Below, piece by piece: positions 8,431 through 17,344 of a stretch of DNA of 40,427 nucleotides. The notes beneath the pieces were generated by a model. It saw only the letters and a program-made list of their open reading frames with translations, had not been told where the DNA came from and did not search any database. Both the position numbers and the translations under genes were made by a program. Source of the stretch: a virus (Duplodnaviria > Caudoviricetes); the IMG/VR virus record IMGVR_UViG_3300017761_004934, positions 1-40,427 of that record, one strand, 5' to 3'. Every line of letters begins with the position of its first letter. Within the stretch, counting starts at the first letter, position 1.

Positions 8431-9321
8431 ATGAAATTTATAGTTACTGGTGGCCGAGGTTTTATTGGTAGTCATTTTGTAGAAGAAGTATTAAACCGAG
8501 GGGATATTGTAATAGATATTGATAAAATGGGGTATGCATCACACAAAACTTTGCCTTGGGATAACCATCGAAATTATACTTTTATAAAAGCAGATATTAG
8601 TGAAATTGATCATTTGCCATCTTGTGATATTTTAATAAATTTTGCAGCAGAAAGTCATGTTGATAACTCTATTAAAATTCCAGATGTATTTGTGAAAAGT
8701 AACATATTAGGAGTACATAATTTATTAGAGTTAGTTAGGAATAAACCATCTTATGATAGACCATTGTTCTTTCACATTAGTACAGATGAAGTATATGGTG
8801 ATAAAATAGATGGTAAATTTATAGAAACAGATAAACTTACTCCATCTAACCCATATTCTGCAACCAAAGCAGCCGCTGAGATGTTAGTATTATCTTATGC
8901 AAGAACTTATGGTTTAGAGTACGTTATCACAAGAAGTGGAAATAATTATGGAGAAAGACAATTTGAAGAAAAATTAATACCAAAATGTATATTTTCTATA
9001 AATTCTAAAAAATCAATACCAATTCATGGCGATGGTTCATATGTTAGAGATTGGACATATGTTAAAGATAATGTTGATGGAATATTAACACTAATTGACA
9101 AAAATATAAAAAATGAAACGTATAATATAGCCTCTGAAAATTATTTAACAAATCTACAAGTTGCAAACACAATTATTGAATGGATGGGTAAAGGAAAAAT
9201 ACAATTTGTAGAGAATAGAAGTGGTCAAGATTTAAGATATGCTGCATCGGCAGAAAAGTTAAAAAATATTGGATGGAATCCAAAATACATAAATGGTTTA
9301 TATAAATGGAAACAGTTTTAA
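8431..9321 (+). CDS. rmlB: dTDP-glucose 4,6-dehydratase
   Basis: VTGGRGFIGSHF, FAAESHVDNSI, STDEVYG, PYSATKA, NNYG and RDWTYV. Confidence 0.95.
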   Translation: MKFIVTGGRGFIGSHFVEEVLNRGDIVIDIDKMGYASHKTLPWDNHRNYTFIKADISEIDHLPSCDILINFAAESHVDNSIKIPDVFVKSNILGVHNLLELVRNKPSYDRPLFFHISTDEVYGDKIDGKFIETDKLTPSNPYSATKAAAEMLVLSYARTYGLEYVITRSGNNYGERQFEEKLIPKCIFSINSKKSIPIHGDGSYVRDWTYVKDNVDGILTLIDKNIKNETYNIASENYLTNLQVANTIIEWMGKGKIQFVENRSGQDLRYAASAEKLKNIGWNPKYINGLYKWKQF

Positions 9322-10001
9322 TAACTGGTGCTAGTGGTCTATTAGGTTCAAATTTGGTCAATCTTATTGATTTAAAAAAATACAACGTACTCACACCTAG
9401 CTCTACGACGCTTAACATTGCAGATGAAAGATCAGTAAATGATTATTTTATAAAAAATAATATTAATTTATGTATACATTGTGCTGCATTTAAAGATGTT
9501 ATGGACATAGAAAATAATATAAATTCTACAATTAGAGCAATCAATACAAATGTTGTTGGAACAATAAACTTATTGTATTCTTGTATAAGTAAAAATATAA
9601 AATTAATATATATTTCTACTGACCATGTTTTTGATGGGAACAAAGGTGATTATGAAATTCATGATCCAATAAACCCATTAAGTAAGTATGCAAAAACTAA
9701 AGGAGCAGCAGAACTTGTAGTGAGAACCTATGAAAACAGTATTATAATACGAACTTCTTTTTTTAATAATTATTTTCCATATGATAAAGCTTTTGTTGAT
9801 CAATGGACAACTAAAGATTACATTGATGTTATGGCTCCATTAATATTAGAAGAATGTTTCTCTGATAAAAAAGGTATAATTCATGTTGCATCAACAAAGC
9901 AAACACTATATGATATAGCTGTTAAAAGAAAGAAAAATGTACTAAAAAGTAGTATAAAAGACATATCTTTTAAAGTACCAATAGATACTAGTTTAAAATA
10001 A
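9306..10001 (+). CDS. rmlD: dTDP-4-dehydrorhamnose reductase (short form)
   Basis: ITGASGLLG, IHCAA, YISTDHVFDG and PLSKYAKTK. Confidence 0.85.
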   Translation: METVLITGASGLLGSNLVNLIDLKKYNVLTPSSTTLNIADERSVNDYFIKNNINLCIHCAAFKDVMDIENNINSTIRAINTNVVGTINLLYSCISKNIKLIYISTDHVFDGNKGDYEIHDPINPLSKYAKTKGAAELVVRTYENSIIIRTSFFNNYFPYDKAFVDQWTTKDYIDVMAPLILEECFSDKKGIIHVASTKQTLYDIAVKRKKNVLKSSIKDISFKVPIDTSLK

Positions 10002-10011
10002 GGAAATTATT

Positions 10012-11109
10012 ATGAAAACAATACCGTTATTTAAAATACATACTCCACCAAATATTGGTGCAAAATTACAAGAAATTTTTGATTCTGGATTTATATCTGA
10101 AGGCGAACAAGCTGATAGATTTGAATCAGAGTTTGGCAGCTATGTTGATAATAAAAATTGTTCATTAGTGAATAGTTGTACGTCAGCTTTAACTCTTGCT
10201 TATGTTGCTTCTAATGTGGGTATAGATGATGAAGTTATAACAACACCAATGACTTGCATGGCAACAAATGAGCCTATACACACTTTGGGAGCAAAAATAG
10301 TTTGGGCCGACTTAGACCCAACAACTGGTAATATAGACCCAGAGAGTGTAAAAAAGAGAATCACTAAAAAAACAAAAGCTATTGTAGGGGTTCATTGGGC
10401 GGGTCAACCTTTTGAAATTGATGAGATTAATACAATTGCAGCCGAACACGGTATTAAAGTCATAGAAGATGCTGCCCATGCTTTGGGAGCTAAATACAAA
10501 GAAAAACTAATAGGTAGCCATAGTGACTTTGTGTGTTTTTCTTTTCAAGCAATCAAACATCTCACTACGGTAGATGGTGGCGCTATTACTTCAAAAAATA
10601 TTAAAGATGATTTGCGTATTAAAAAATTAAAATGGTTTGGTCTTGATAGAAAATACCCACATAGCAAATGGACTCAAGATATAACCGAGGCTGGTTATAA
10701 GTTTCATATGAATAATGTAAATGCTTGCATTGGATTGGAACAAATGAAATATATTGATAATATTATTTCAAAACATAAAGAAAATTACAGATTTTATAAT
10801 AATAATATAACAAATTCAAAAATTATCAAAATGAGAGAAGAAAAACATTTAGAGTCTGCATGTTGGATATACACTATCTTAACAAAAGATAGAGAAGATT
10901 TGCAAAAGTACCTAGCGTCAAAAGGTATTGCTTCTGATGTTGTGCATGTTAGAAACGATAAATACTCTGTATTCAACAAATACAGGCTTAGCGACGATTT
11001 GTTGAAAGGTACAAATGAGTTTTGCAGCCAGCACTTAAATATACCAGTTGGTTGGTGGCTTACTGAAGAAGATAGACAATATATTGTGGATGTTTTAAAT
11101 GCCTACTGA
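10012..11109 (+). CDS. DegT/DnrJ/EryC1/StrS-family PLP-dependent NDP-sugar aminotransferase
   Basis: NSCTSAL, IEDAAHALG, FSFQAIKHLTTVDGG (PLP lysine) and GYKFHM. Confidence 0.93.
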   Translation: MKTIPLFKIHTPPNIGAKLQEIFDSGFISEGEQADRFESEFGSYVDNKNCSLVNSCTSALTLAYVASNVGIDDEVITTPMTCMATNEPIHTLGAKIVWADLDPTTGNIDPESVKKRITKKTKAIVGVHWAGQPFEIDEINTIAAEHGIKVIEDAAHALGAKYKEKLIGSHSDFVCFSFQAIKHLTTVDGGAITSKNIKDDLRIKKLKWFGLDRKYPHSKWTQDITEAGYKFHMNNVNACIGLEQMKYIDNIISKHKENYRFYNNNITNSKIIKMREEKHLESACWIYTILTKDREDLQKYLASKGIASDVVHVRNDKYSVFNKYRLSDDLLKGTNEFCSQHLNIPVGWWLTEEDRQYIVDVLNAY

Positions 11110-11860
11110 TAGTTGCAGAGTTATTGTAAACTGTTTCTTGGACGGAAGAAGCCCAAGAAACAATTCTCCACCAAATAAGATATCTGGCTTAAACTTTCTT
11201 AAACAAATTATAGAAACAGAATCAAATATTGAATCAAATACAAAATATGATTTAATAATTTTAAATCATAATACAGATTATTTAATTGGTAATGAATATA
11301 TTGATTCTATTAATAATAAAGAAATAAAAAATGGTAAAATAAGAACATTTACAACAAATAATAAACAAAGTTCTTTTGATGGGTACGATACTGCTTTTAA
11401 AAATTTTACGAATGATTACGAGAATTGGATTTTCTCAGAAGATGACCACTTGTTGTTTGCTAATAATTATTATGATATTTTTATAGAAGAATATAATAAT
11501 AATATTAAAAATAATATTGGATTTTTAGCTTTTGCACCAATAAGCACTACTTGCCCAACAACTCATAGTGGTGGTGGTTTTGGACTTTGTAAACGCGAAG
11601 ACTTGATAAAAGTATTAGAAATAAATGGAGGTAATTTACCTTCTTCAAATTGTGGGTATAATGTTACACAGTCTGAAGTATTCTTTACTCACTCATTTAT
11701 AACTATAGGAAAAAACTTAATACAACAAAATTCTTTTTCATGTTATCCTATAAATCATAGTATGTGTACTGACCATTCAGTACATAGAAATAATTCTAAA
11801 AATGATAGTGAAAATTATTTTTTTCAAGTTGGTGTTAAAGGAAACGAAAAATGGGAGTAA
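11099..11860 (+). CDS. Putative GT-A-fold glycosyltransferase
   Basis: WIFSEDDHLL (DxD-like) and HSGGGFGLCKREDL, inside the glycan cluster. Family not recognised. Confidence 0.45.
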   Translation: MPTDSCRVIVNCFLDGRSPRNNSPPNKISGLNFLKQIIETESNIESNTKYDLIILNHNTDYLIGNEYIDSINNKEIKNGKIRTFTTNNKQSSFDGYDTAFKNFTNDYENWIFSEDDHLLFANNYYDIFIEEYNNNIKNNIGFLAFAPISTTCPTTHSGGGFGLCKREDLIKVLEINGGNLPSSNCGYNVTQSEVFFTHSFITIGKNLIQQNSFSCYPINHSMCTDHSVHRNNSKNDSENYFFQVGVKGNEKWE

Positions 11861-11863
11861 ATC

Positions 11864-12430
11864 ATGCTTGGTTGGAATGAAGAAATAAAAAAACAGCTTG
11901 GTTATTGTGGAACTAATGTCTTTATTGGTCACAATACTCTGTTTGCAAATCCATCTAAAGTTTTTTTAGGTGATAATGTTAGAATTGATCCATTTTGTTG
12001 GATTAGTTGTGGGTTAAAAACTGGCAATAATATACAAATCACTTCACATGCCGTTATAGGCGGAGGTTCTCAACACACAGTAACATTAGGCGACTGGTGT
12101 TTTATTGGCTATGGTTCTAAGTTATTCTGCGCCTCAGAAGATTATAGTGGAGACTATGGACCCGTTAACGAATATTGGGGAAAAAATAAAATATTTAGAG
12201 GAGATATACAGTTTGGTGATTATTCTGGCATAGCGTCTGATGTTATGGTTATGCCAAATGTTAAGATACCAGAAGGGTGTACAATAGGAGCTAAATCATT
12301 TGTTTATACTAAAAATAGTTTAACACCTTGGAGCGTTTGGATAGGTAATCCATTAACTTTACATAAAAATAGAAACAAAGAAAATATAATTAAATTTGCA
12401 AATGACAAAGGATTTCTTAAAAATGTATGA
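11864..12430 (+). CDS. Left-handed beta-helix sugar N-acyltransferase (AntD/VioB-like)
   Basis: Hexapeptide repeats. GDNVRIDPFCWIS, ASEDYSG and LTPWSVWIGNP resemble segments recalled for the AntD/VioB subgroup. Confidence 0.8.
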   Translation: MLGWNEEIKKQLGYCGTNVFIGHNTLFANPSKVFLGDNVRIDPFCWISCGLKTGNNIQITSHAVIGGGSQHTVTLGDWCFIGYGSKLFCASEDYSGDYGPVNEYWGKNKIFRGDIQFGDYSGIASDVMVMPNVKIPEGCTIGAKSFVYTKNSLTPWSVWIGNPLTLHKNRNKENIIKFANDKGFLKNV

Positions 12431-13124
12431 TTCAAATACAATATGGGAAGAATTTTGGAAAATTGAAGACAAAACACCAATAATACAAAAAACCCATTCA
12501 AATTATTTGTCTTTATATGGCGGCACAAATTACGAACCAGATGCTTCAATTGGAATGAGTTGCTTTTTAGAGCCATGTAGAAATGAATTTAAAAATGAAT
12601 TTAAAATATTAGATTATGGCTGTGGTGCTGGTATTTTATCTAACTTTATAAGTCTAAGATTAGATAAATTTACTTACGTTGGTCTAGAACCAAACAGTCC
12701 ACATGGAGTTGAGAGAATCAATATAGCTAAAACACTATTAGACGATAATAGAGTTGAATTTGGATTCATAGAAGAGGGAAAGCTTCAGCAATTATATAAA
12801 AATAACTTTGATTGTATTGTATTGATAAGCGTATTTACGCATTTAATAATTGAAGATGTTTATTCAACATTGAATAAATTATTGCCATTTTTGAAAAATA
12901 ATAAAACAAAAATTATATTTTCTTGCTTTATTGACAATACTTATCAACTTTTATATCCACAAAATGATATAAATAAAAACTTTTATGGTGTAGTCAAAAT
13001 TACAGAGCAACAACTGCTTGAATATTCTGAAAAAAATAATATAATTCTTACTAAAGTTTGTGATTTTTTAGCTGCTGGTAATCATTGCCACAACATTTAT
13101 ACATTAGAGGAAAAGAATGAATAA
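12423..13124 (+). CDS. Class I SAM-dependent methyltransferase
   Basis: ILDYGCGAG, YVGLEP and FDCIVLISVFTHL. ATG 12423 preferred because AAGGA lies upstream. Confidence 0.88.
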   Translation: MYDSNTIWEEFWKIEDKTPIIQKTHSNYLSLYGGTNYEPDASIGMSCFLEPCRNEFKNEFKILDYGCGAGILSNFISLRLDKFTYVGLEPNSPHGVERINIAKTLLDDNRVEFGFIEEGKLQQLYKNNFDCIVLISVFTHLIIEDVYSTLNKLLPFLKNNKTKIIFSCFIDNTYQLLYPQNDINKNFYGVVKITEQQLLEYSEKNNIILTKVCDFLAAGNHCHNIYTLEEKNE

Positions 13125-13968
13125 TAAAAATTTAATGAATATTCCTTGGGTTGAATCGCCTTTATTTAATAAAATATTAAACTCAATTGACATAACTGAA
13201 GAACAAAAAGTTTTAGCATTAAAATTTAATAAAGATGGTTATGTTGTAATAGATCTAAATTTAAATGATAATCTAATTGAATCATTAAAAAATGATATCA
13301 ATAAAAACTCAAACAAACATCAAGAAAATTTTTATCACTATTCTGATAGTCCAAGAGTATTTGAAGCGTGGAAGCAATCAGAACACGTTAGGGCTATAGC
13401 AAATCATCCTAAAATAATAGAAACAATAGAATTTTTATATGGTAGGAGAACTTTTCCATTTCAAACAATAAATTTTATTAAAGGTTCTAATCAACCAATT
13501 CATAGTGATGCTATACATTTCCACACTATTCCATATAACTGGGTTGCAGCATCGTGGGTTGCATTAGAAGATATGGATGAATCTAATGGTACTTTAGTTT
13601 ATTGCCCTACGAGCCATAAATTACCAATCTTTGATTTTAAATCTCTAAATCTACAACCAGCAAAGTATGGGGAACAAGCTGAAAGTTATAAACAATATGA
13701 ACAATTTATTGAAGATGTGATTGAATCAAAAAATCTTGAAAAGAAACCTTTTATTGCTAAAAAAGGACAAGCATTAATATGGTCTGCTAATTTATTGCAT
13801 GGTGGGTTGAAAGTTACAGACCCAACAAGAACTCGTTGGAGTCAAGCAACTCATTATTATTTTGAAGGATGCGAACATTATTATGCACCCATGTTCTCCG
13901 ATCCGTTTAACAATATGTACGCAGAAAAAGATATTAAAAATAAAAATATAAGAGATTATAAACCATGA
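13117..13968 (+). CDS. PhyH-family Fe(II)/2-oxoglutarate dioxygenase
   Basis: FNKDGYVV, QPIHSD (HxD), WVALED...NGTL..CPTSH, KGQALIW..NLLHGG and RWS. Confidence 0.88.
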   Translation: MNNKNLMNIPWVESPLFNKILNSIDITEEQKVLALKFNKDGYVVIDLNLNDNLIESLKNDINKNSNKHQENFYHYSDSPRVFEAWKQSEHVRAIANHPKIIETIEFLYGRRTFPFQTINFIKGSNQPIHSDAIHFHTIPYNWVAASWVALEDMDESNGTLVYCPTSHKLPIFDFKSLNLQPAKYGEQAESYKQYEQFIEDVIESKNLEKKPFIAKKGQALIWSANLLHGGLKVTDPTRTRWSQATHYYFEGCEHYYAPMFSDPFNNMYAEKDIKNKNIRDYKP

Positions 13969-14933
13969 TTATAACTGGACTAGGTTCTTATTTGCCACCA
14001 CGAGTCTTAACAAATAAAGAAATAGAATCTTTCATAGATACTACTGATGAGTGGATACAAGAAAAATTAGGTATAAAAGAGCGTAGAATAGCCGACTCAA
14101 ACATTAGTGCATCTGATTTAGCATATAATGCTAGTATAATTGCTTTAAACGATGCAAAAATAGATGCAAAAGAAATAGACTTAATCATAGTAGCTACGTC
14201 AACGCCAGATAGGATAAGTCCATCTACTGCATGTATATTACAGCAAAAATTGAATGCATCAAATGCTGCTGCATTTGACATTAATGCCGTTTGTAGTGGA
14301 TTTATTTATGGTCTTTCAATTGCTAATTCTTTTTTAAAATCAAATACATATAAAAGAATTTTACTTGTAGCATCGGAAGTATATTCTAAAATTACTAATT
14401 GGAAAGATAGACAATGTGTTTTTTTTGGCGATGGTTCGGGTGCTGTTGTGTTGGAATTTGATGATAGTAATTTATTTGATTGTCTATTGTACGCAGATGG
14501 TACAGGAAAAGAAAATTTTACTGTAAGGGCAGGTGGATCATATATGCCAGCAAGCTATCAAACTATTGATGATAATAATCATTATTTTGATATGAATGGT
14601 AAGGCTGTATATGAAACTGGTAAGAAAGTTTTACCAGAAAGTATCTTGACATTGTTAAATAAAAACAATATATGTATAGAACAAATAAGTTATCTTATTC
14701 CACACCAACCAAGTATAAATATTCTAAAAGAAACAGCAAAAATATTAAATTTACCTTTTGAAAAAGTTGGTACATCTATGCAAGTATATGCTAATACTGC
14801 TGGTGCTTCTATACCTGTTACAATGGATTTGATGTACCAGCAAAATAAGTTTAAAACTGATGATTTATTAATTTTTGCTGCTGTTGGCTCTGGGTGGACT
14901 TGGGGTTCAGCTATTATAAGGTGGAAAAAATGA
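13965..14933 (+). CDS. fabH: 3-oxoacyl-ACP synthase III (KAS III)
   Basis: GIKERRIA, DINAVCSGF (Cys), FGDGSGA, IPHQPS (His), YANTAGAS (Asn) and GSGWTWG. Confidence 0.95.
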   Translation: MIITGLGSYLPPRVLTNKEIESFIDTTDEWIQEKLGIKERRIADSNISASDLAYNASIIALNDAKIDAKEIDLIIVATSTPDRISPSTACILQQKLNASNAAAFDINAVCSGFIYGLSIANSFLKSNTYKRILLVASEVYSKITNWKDRQCVFFGDGSGAVVLEFDDSNLFDCLLYADGTGKENFTVRAGGSYMPASYQTIDDNNHYFDMNGKAVYETGKKVLPESILTLLNKNNICIEQISYLIPHQPSINILKETAKILNLPFEKVGTSMQVYANTAGASIPVTMDLMYQQNKFKTDDLLIFAAVGSGWTWGSAIIRWKK

Positions 14934-15577
14934 AAAATCTTGTTCTCTTTGGCGCTACTGGCGGTTTGGGCTGTAAATTAAAAGAATCTTTAGCAAATAA
15001 ATATAATGTTATTTCTTTGGGTTCTAAAGATGTAAATATAGCGGATAAATTTAGTGTTGATAATTTTTTTAATTCTAACGATATTGATATTGTTCTTAAT
15101 ATGGCAGCATACAATTATGACTGTTTATTACATAAATATGATTTGAATAAAATAGAACTAGCTTCTAAACAAATAGAAGTTAACATTAATGGAAATGTGA
15201 ATATTTTATCTTCTTGTTTACCAAAAATGAGACAAAAAAAGTATGGTAGAGTTATTGCAGCTTCATCTGTTCTCGCAGATAAACCAATTATTGGAACTTC
15301 CATATATTCTGCATCTAAATCTTTTATAGAAACTTTATATAAGACAGCGGCATTAGAAAATATAAATAATAATATAACTTGTAATACTATACAACTAGGA
15401 TATTTTGATGGTGGGTTGGTGTATAAGATACAAGAGGACATACGACAAAAGATAGTTGACACCATCCCAGCAAAAAGATTGGGCACAATAGAAGAGTTAC
15501 AAAATACAATACAATATTTAATTGATACTCCATATATCAATGGAAGTACAATTAAAATTAATGGTGGATTAAACTAA
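14930..15577 (+). CDS. FabG/PhaB-like short-chain 3-oxoacyl reductase
   Basis: GATGGLG, ASS, YSASK, IPAKRLG and INGSTIKINGG. Start at 14930 gives ATGA coupling with fabH. Confidence 0.85.
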   Translation: MKNLVLFGATGGLGCKLKESLANKYNVISLGSKDVNIADKFSVDNFFNSNDIDIVLNMAAYNYDCLLHKYDLNKIELASKQIEVNINGNVNILSSCLPKMRQKKYGRVIAASSVLADKPIIGTSIYSASKSFIETLYKTAALENINNNITCNTIQLGYFDGGLVYKIQEDIRQKIVDTIPAKRLGTIEELQNTIQYLIDTPYINGSTIKINGGLN

Positions 15578-17169
15578 TGAATTTAAAAATTTTATTAATA
15601 ATGCCATATTTTGAAAGACCTAATATGGTCTTAAATGCTTTGAGAAGTATGGAAAGTGTTAATTATGATAATTATGAATTTTGTATAATTGATGATGGAA
15701 GTACACTAAACCCAATTGAAGATATTATTGAAAAATATAAATTTAATATAAAAAATTTAAAAATATTAAAAACAAACGATTCTATAGAAAATAAAATAAA
15801 AAGAGGTTCTATTCATGGTTCTTTTATGAATAGGGCAATGAGAGAGAGTAACGCAGATATTATTGTTATGATGAGCGATGATGATGCATTACACAAAGAT
15901 TATTTTAGTAACCTAAACACATTCTATAAAGCAAATAAAGATATAATGTACAGTTATTGTCACATTATCCCATTTGATCCCTTTGAACAAATCTCATGCG
16001 ATACTCTAAAACATTATAATCAAAATAAAGAATGGTCTACAAAAGCAGTATCTGGATTAAATTGGACAATCCCAATTAATCCATTTTGCAAGATTGATGC
16101 TACACAAGTTTCTTGGAGAGCCGAATGTAATAAAATTCACAACGTATGGCTTCCAGAGGAACAAACAAAAAATTTAGATGCTTCATTTTATAATGATATG
16201 TATAATAAATTTGGAAATTGTGTGTTCAATGGAGCGATTGGTATTTACAAAGGTTTACATGTTCAACAACTAACAAATAGAGAAGGAGTTGAACAATTTA
16301 AACCAGCAGATTCAAAAATTAAAACAAATTATATAAGCATTTGTACTAATTTTAAAAATGAATCAAAATATTTAAAAGAATGGATTGATTATCATATATC
16401 TATAGGTATTGAGCACTTTTATTTGTATGATAATAATAGTTCTGATGATTATAAAATAATTTTAAAACCATATTATGAAAATGGTTTCATTACATTAAAA
16501 AAAGTTGATGATGGAACAATAAAAGAAAAAGTTTATAATGATTTTATGAAAAATTATAGATTTAAAAATTACTGGATTGCTTTTATAGACTGTGATGAGT
16601 TTATAACGCTAAGAAATGATAAAAATATTAAATCATTTTTACAAAATTACGAAAGATACCCAGCAGTAGGATTAAATTGGTTGATGTTTGGCTCAGCAGG
16701 TCTAGATTATAATGAAACAAACTCAGTTTTGAATACGTTTACTAAATGCAACAATCCAAACAATAATGAACATAATAATGTTAGTTGCCACATAAAAACA
16801 ATATTAAATCCAAGAAAAGCAATACCACAATATATTAATCCACATTTTAATATATATGATACTATAATGTCTTACCCACAACCACCATTAGCAGTAGATA
16901 CTGATAAACAATTCATTACAGGACAAAATGAAAAAAATGATGGTGAAAAATATTACTTTGCGGCGACCGACCAACCAAAATTTGATACAGCTTTTATAAG
17001 ACACTTTTGGTCAAAATCAAAAAAAGAATTTTTTGAAAGAAGATTAAATGTAATTCGTGATGATAATGGTAAACAAAGATACGAAAACGAAAAACAATGT
17101 GAATTAGAGTTTAATATAATGAATAAATATTATAACGAACTTGAATATTCAAAATTTATTGGAGATTAA
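15577..17169 (+). CDS. Two-domain glycosyltransferase (GT2 + GT92/DUF23-like)
   Basis: N-half: MPYFERP, IIDDGS, MSDDD. C-half: FKNESKYLKEWIDYHISIGIEHFYLYDNNS, WIAFIDCDEF, IRHFWSKS. Confidence 0.85.
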   Translation: MNLKILLIMPYFERPNMVLNALRSMESVNYDNYEFCIIDDGSTLNPIEDIIEKYKFNIKNLKILKTNDSIENKIKRGSIHGSFMNRAMRESNADIIVMMSDDDALHKDYFSNLNTFYKANKDIMYSYCHIIPFDPFEQISCDTLKHYNQNKEWSTKAVSGLNWTIPINPFCKIDATQVSWRAECNKIHNVWLPEEQTKNLDASFYNDMYNKFGNCVFNGAIGIYKGLHVQQLTNREGVEQFKPADSKIKTNYISICTNFKNESKYLKEWIDYHISIGIEHFYLYDNNSSDDYKIILKPYYENGFITLKKVDDGTIKEKVYNDFMKNYRFKNYWIAFIDCDEFITLRNDKNIKSFLQNYERYPAVGLNWLMFGSAGLDYNETNSVLNTFTKCNNPNNNEHNNVSCHIKTILNPRKAIPQYINPHFNIYDTIMSYPQPPLAVDTDKQFITGQNEKNDGEKYYFAATDQPKFDTAFIRHFWSKSKKEFFERRLNVIRDDNGKQRYENEKQCELEFNIMNKYYNELEYSKFIGD

Positions 17170-17170
17170 A

Positions 17171-17344
17171 ATGCAACTTTCAAATCAAGCAGTAGGAGCA
17201 ATTATGATGGCTCTTCAAAAATCACTTATGGAACAATCAGATATTGTTCCAGTTATTAAAGAATTTAATTTAATTGAGACAGAAGAAGGATTGGTTGTTA
17301 CAAACCCTCCAGTTCTCTCTATGGATTCCGTAGAGCCTAACTAA
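17171..17344 (+). CDS. Small hypothetical protein
   Basis: MQLSNQAVGAIMMALQKSL...; GGAG at 17161 supports ATG 17171. Confidence 0.7.
   Translation: MQLSNQAVGAIMMALQKSLMEQSDIVPVIKEFNLIETEEGLVVTNPPVLSMDSVEPN

Noticed and set aside
13117-13968. TET/JBP-type DNA base hydroxylase for glycosylated DNA
   Set aside because: The motifs fit the PhyH family, and no nucleotide hydroxymethylase, kinase or DNA polymerase is nearby. DNA as the target is not excluded but is unsupported.
4376-17169. Bacterial O-antigen or capsule locus, or a giant eukaryotic virus segment
   Set aside because: No wzx/wzy/ABC export genes or housekeeping genes. The flanks are phage sigma and baseplate genes, with SD sequences and translational coupling.
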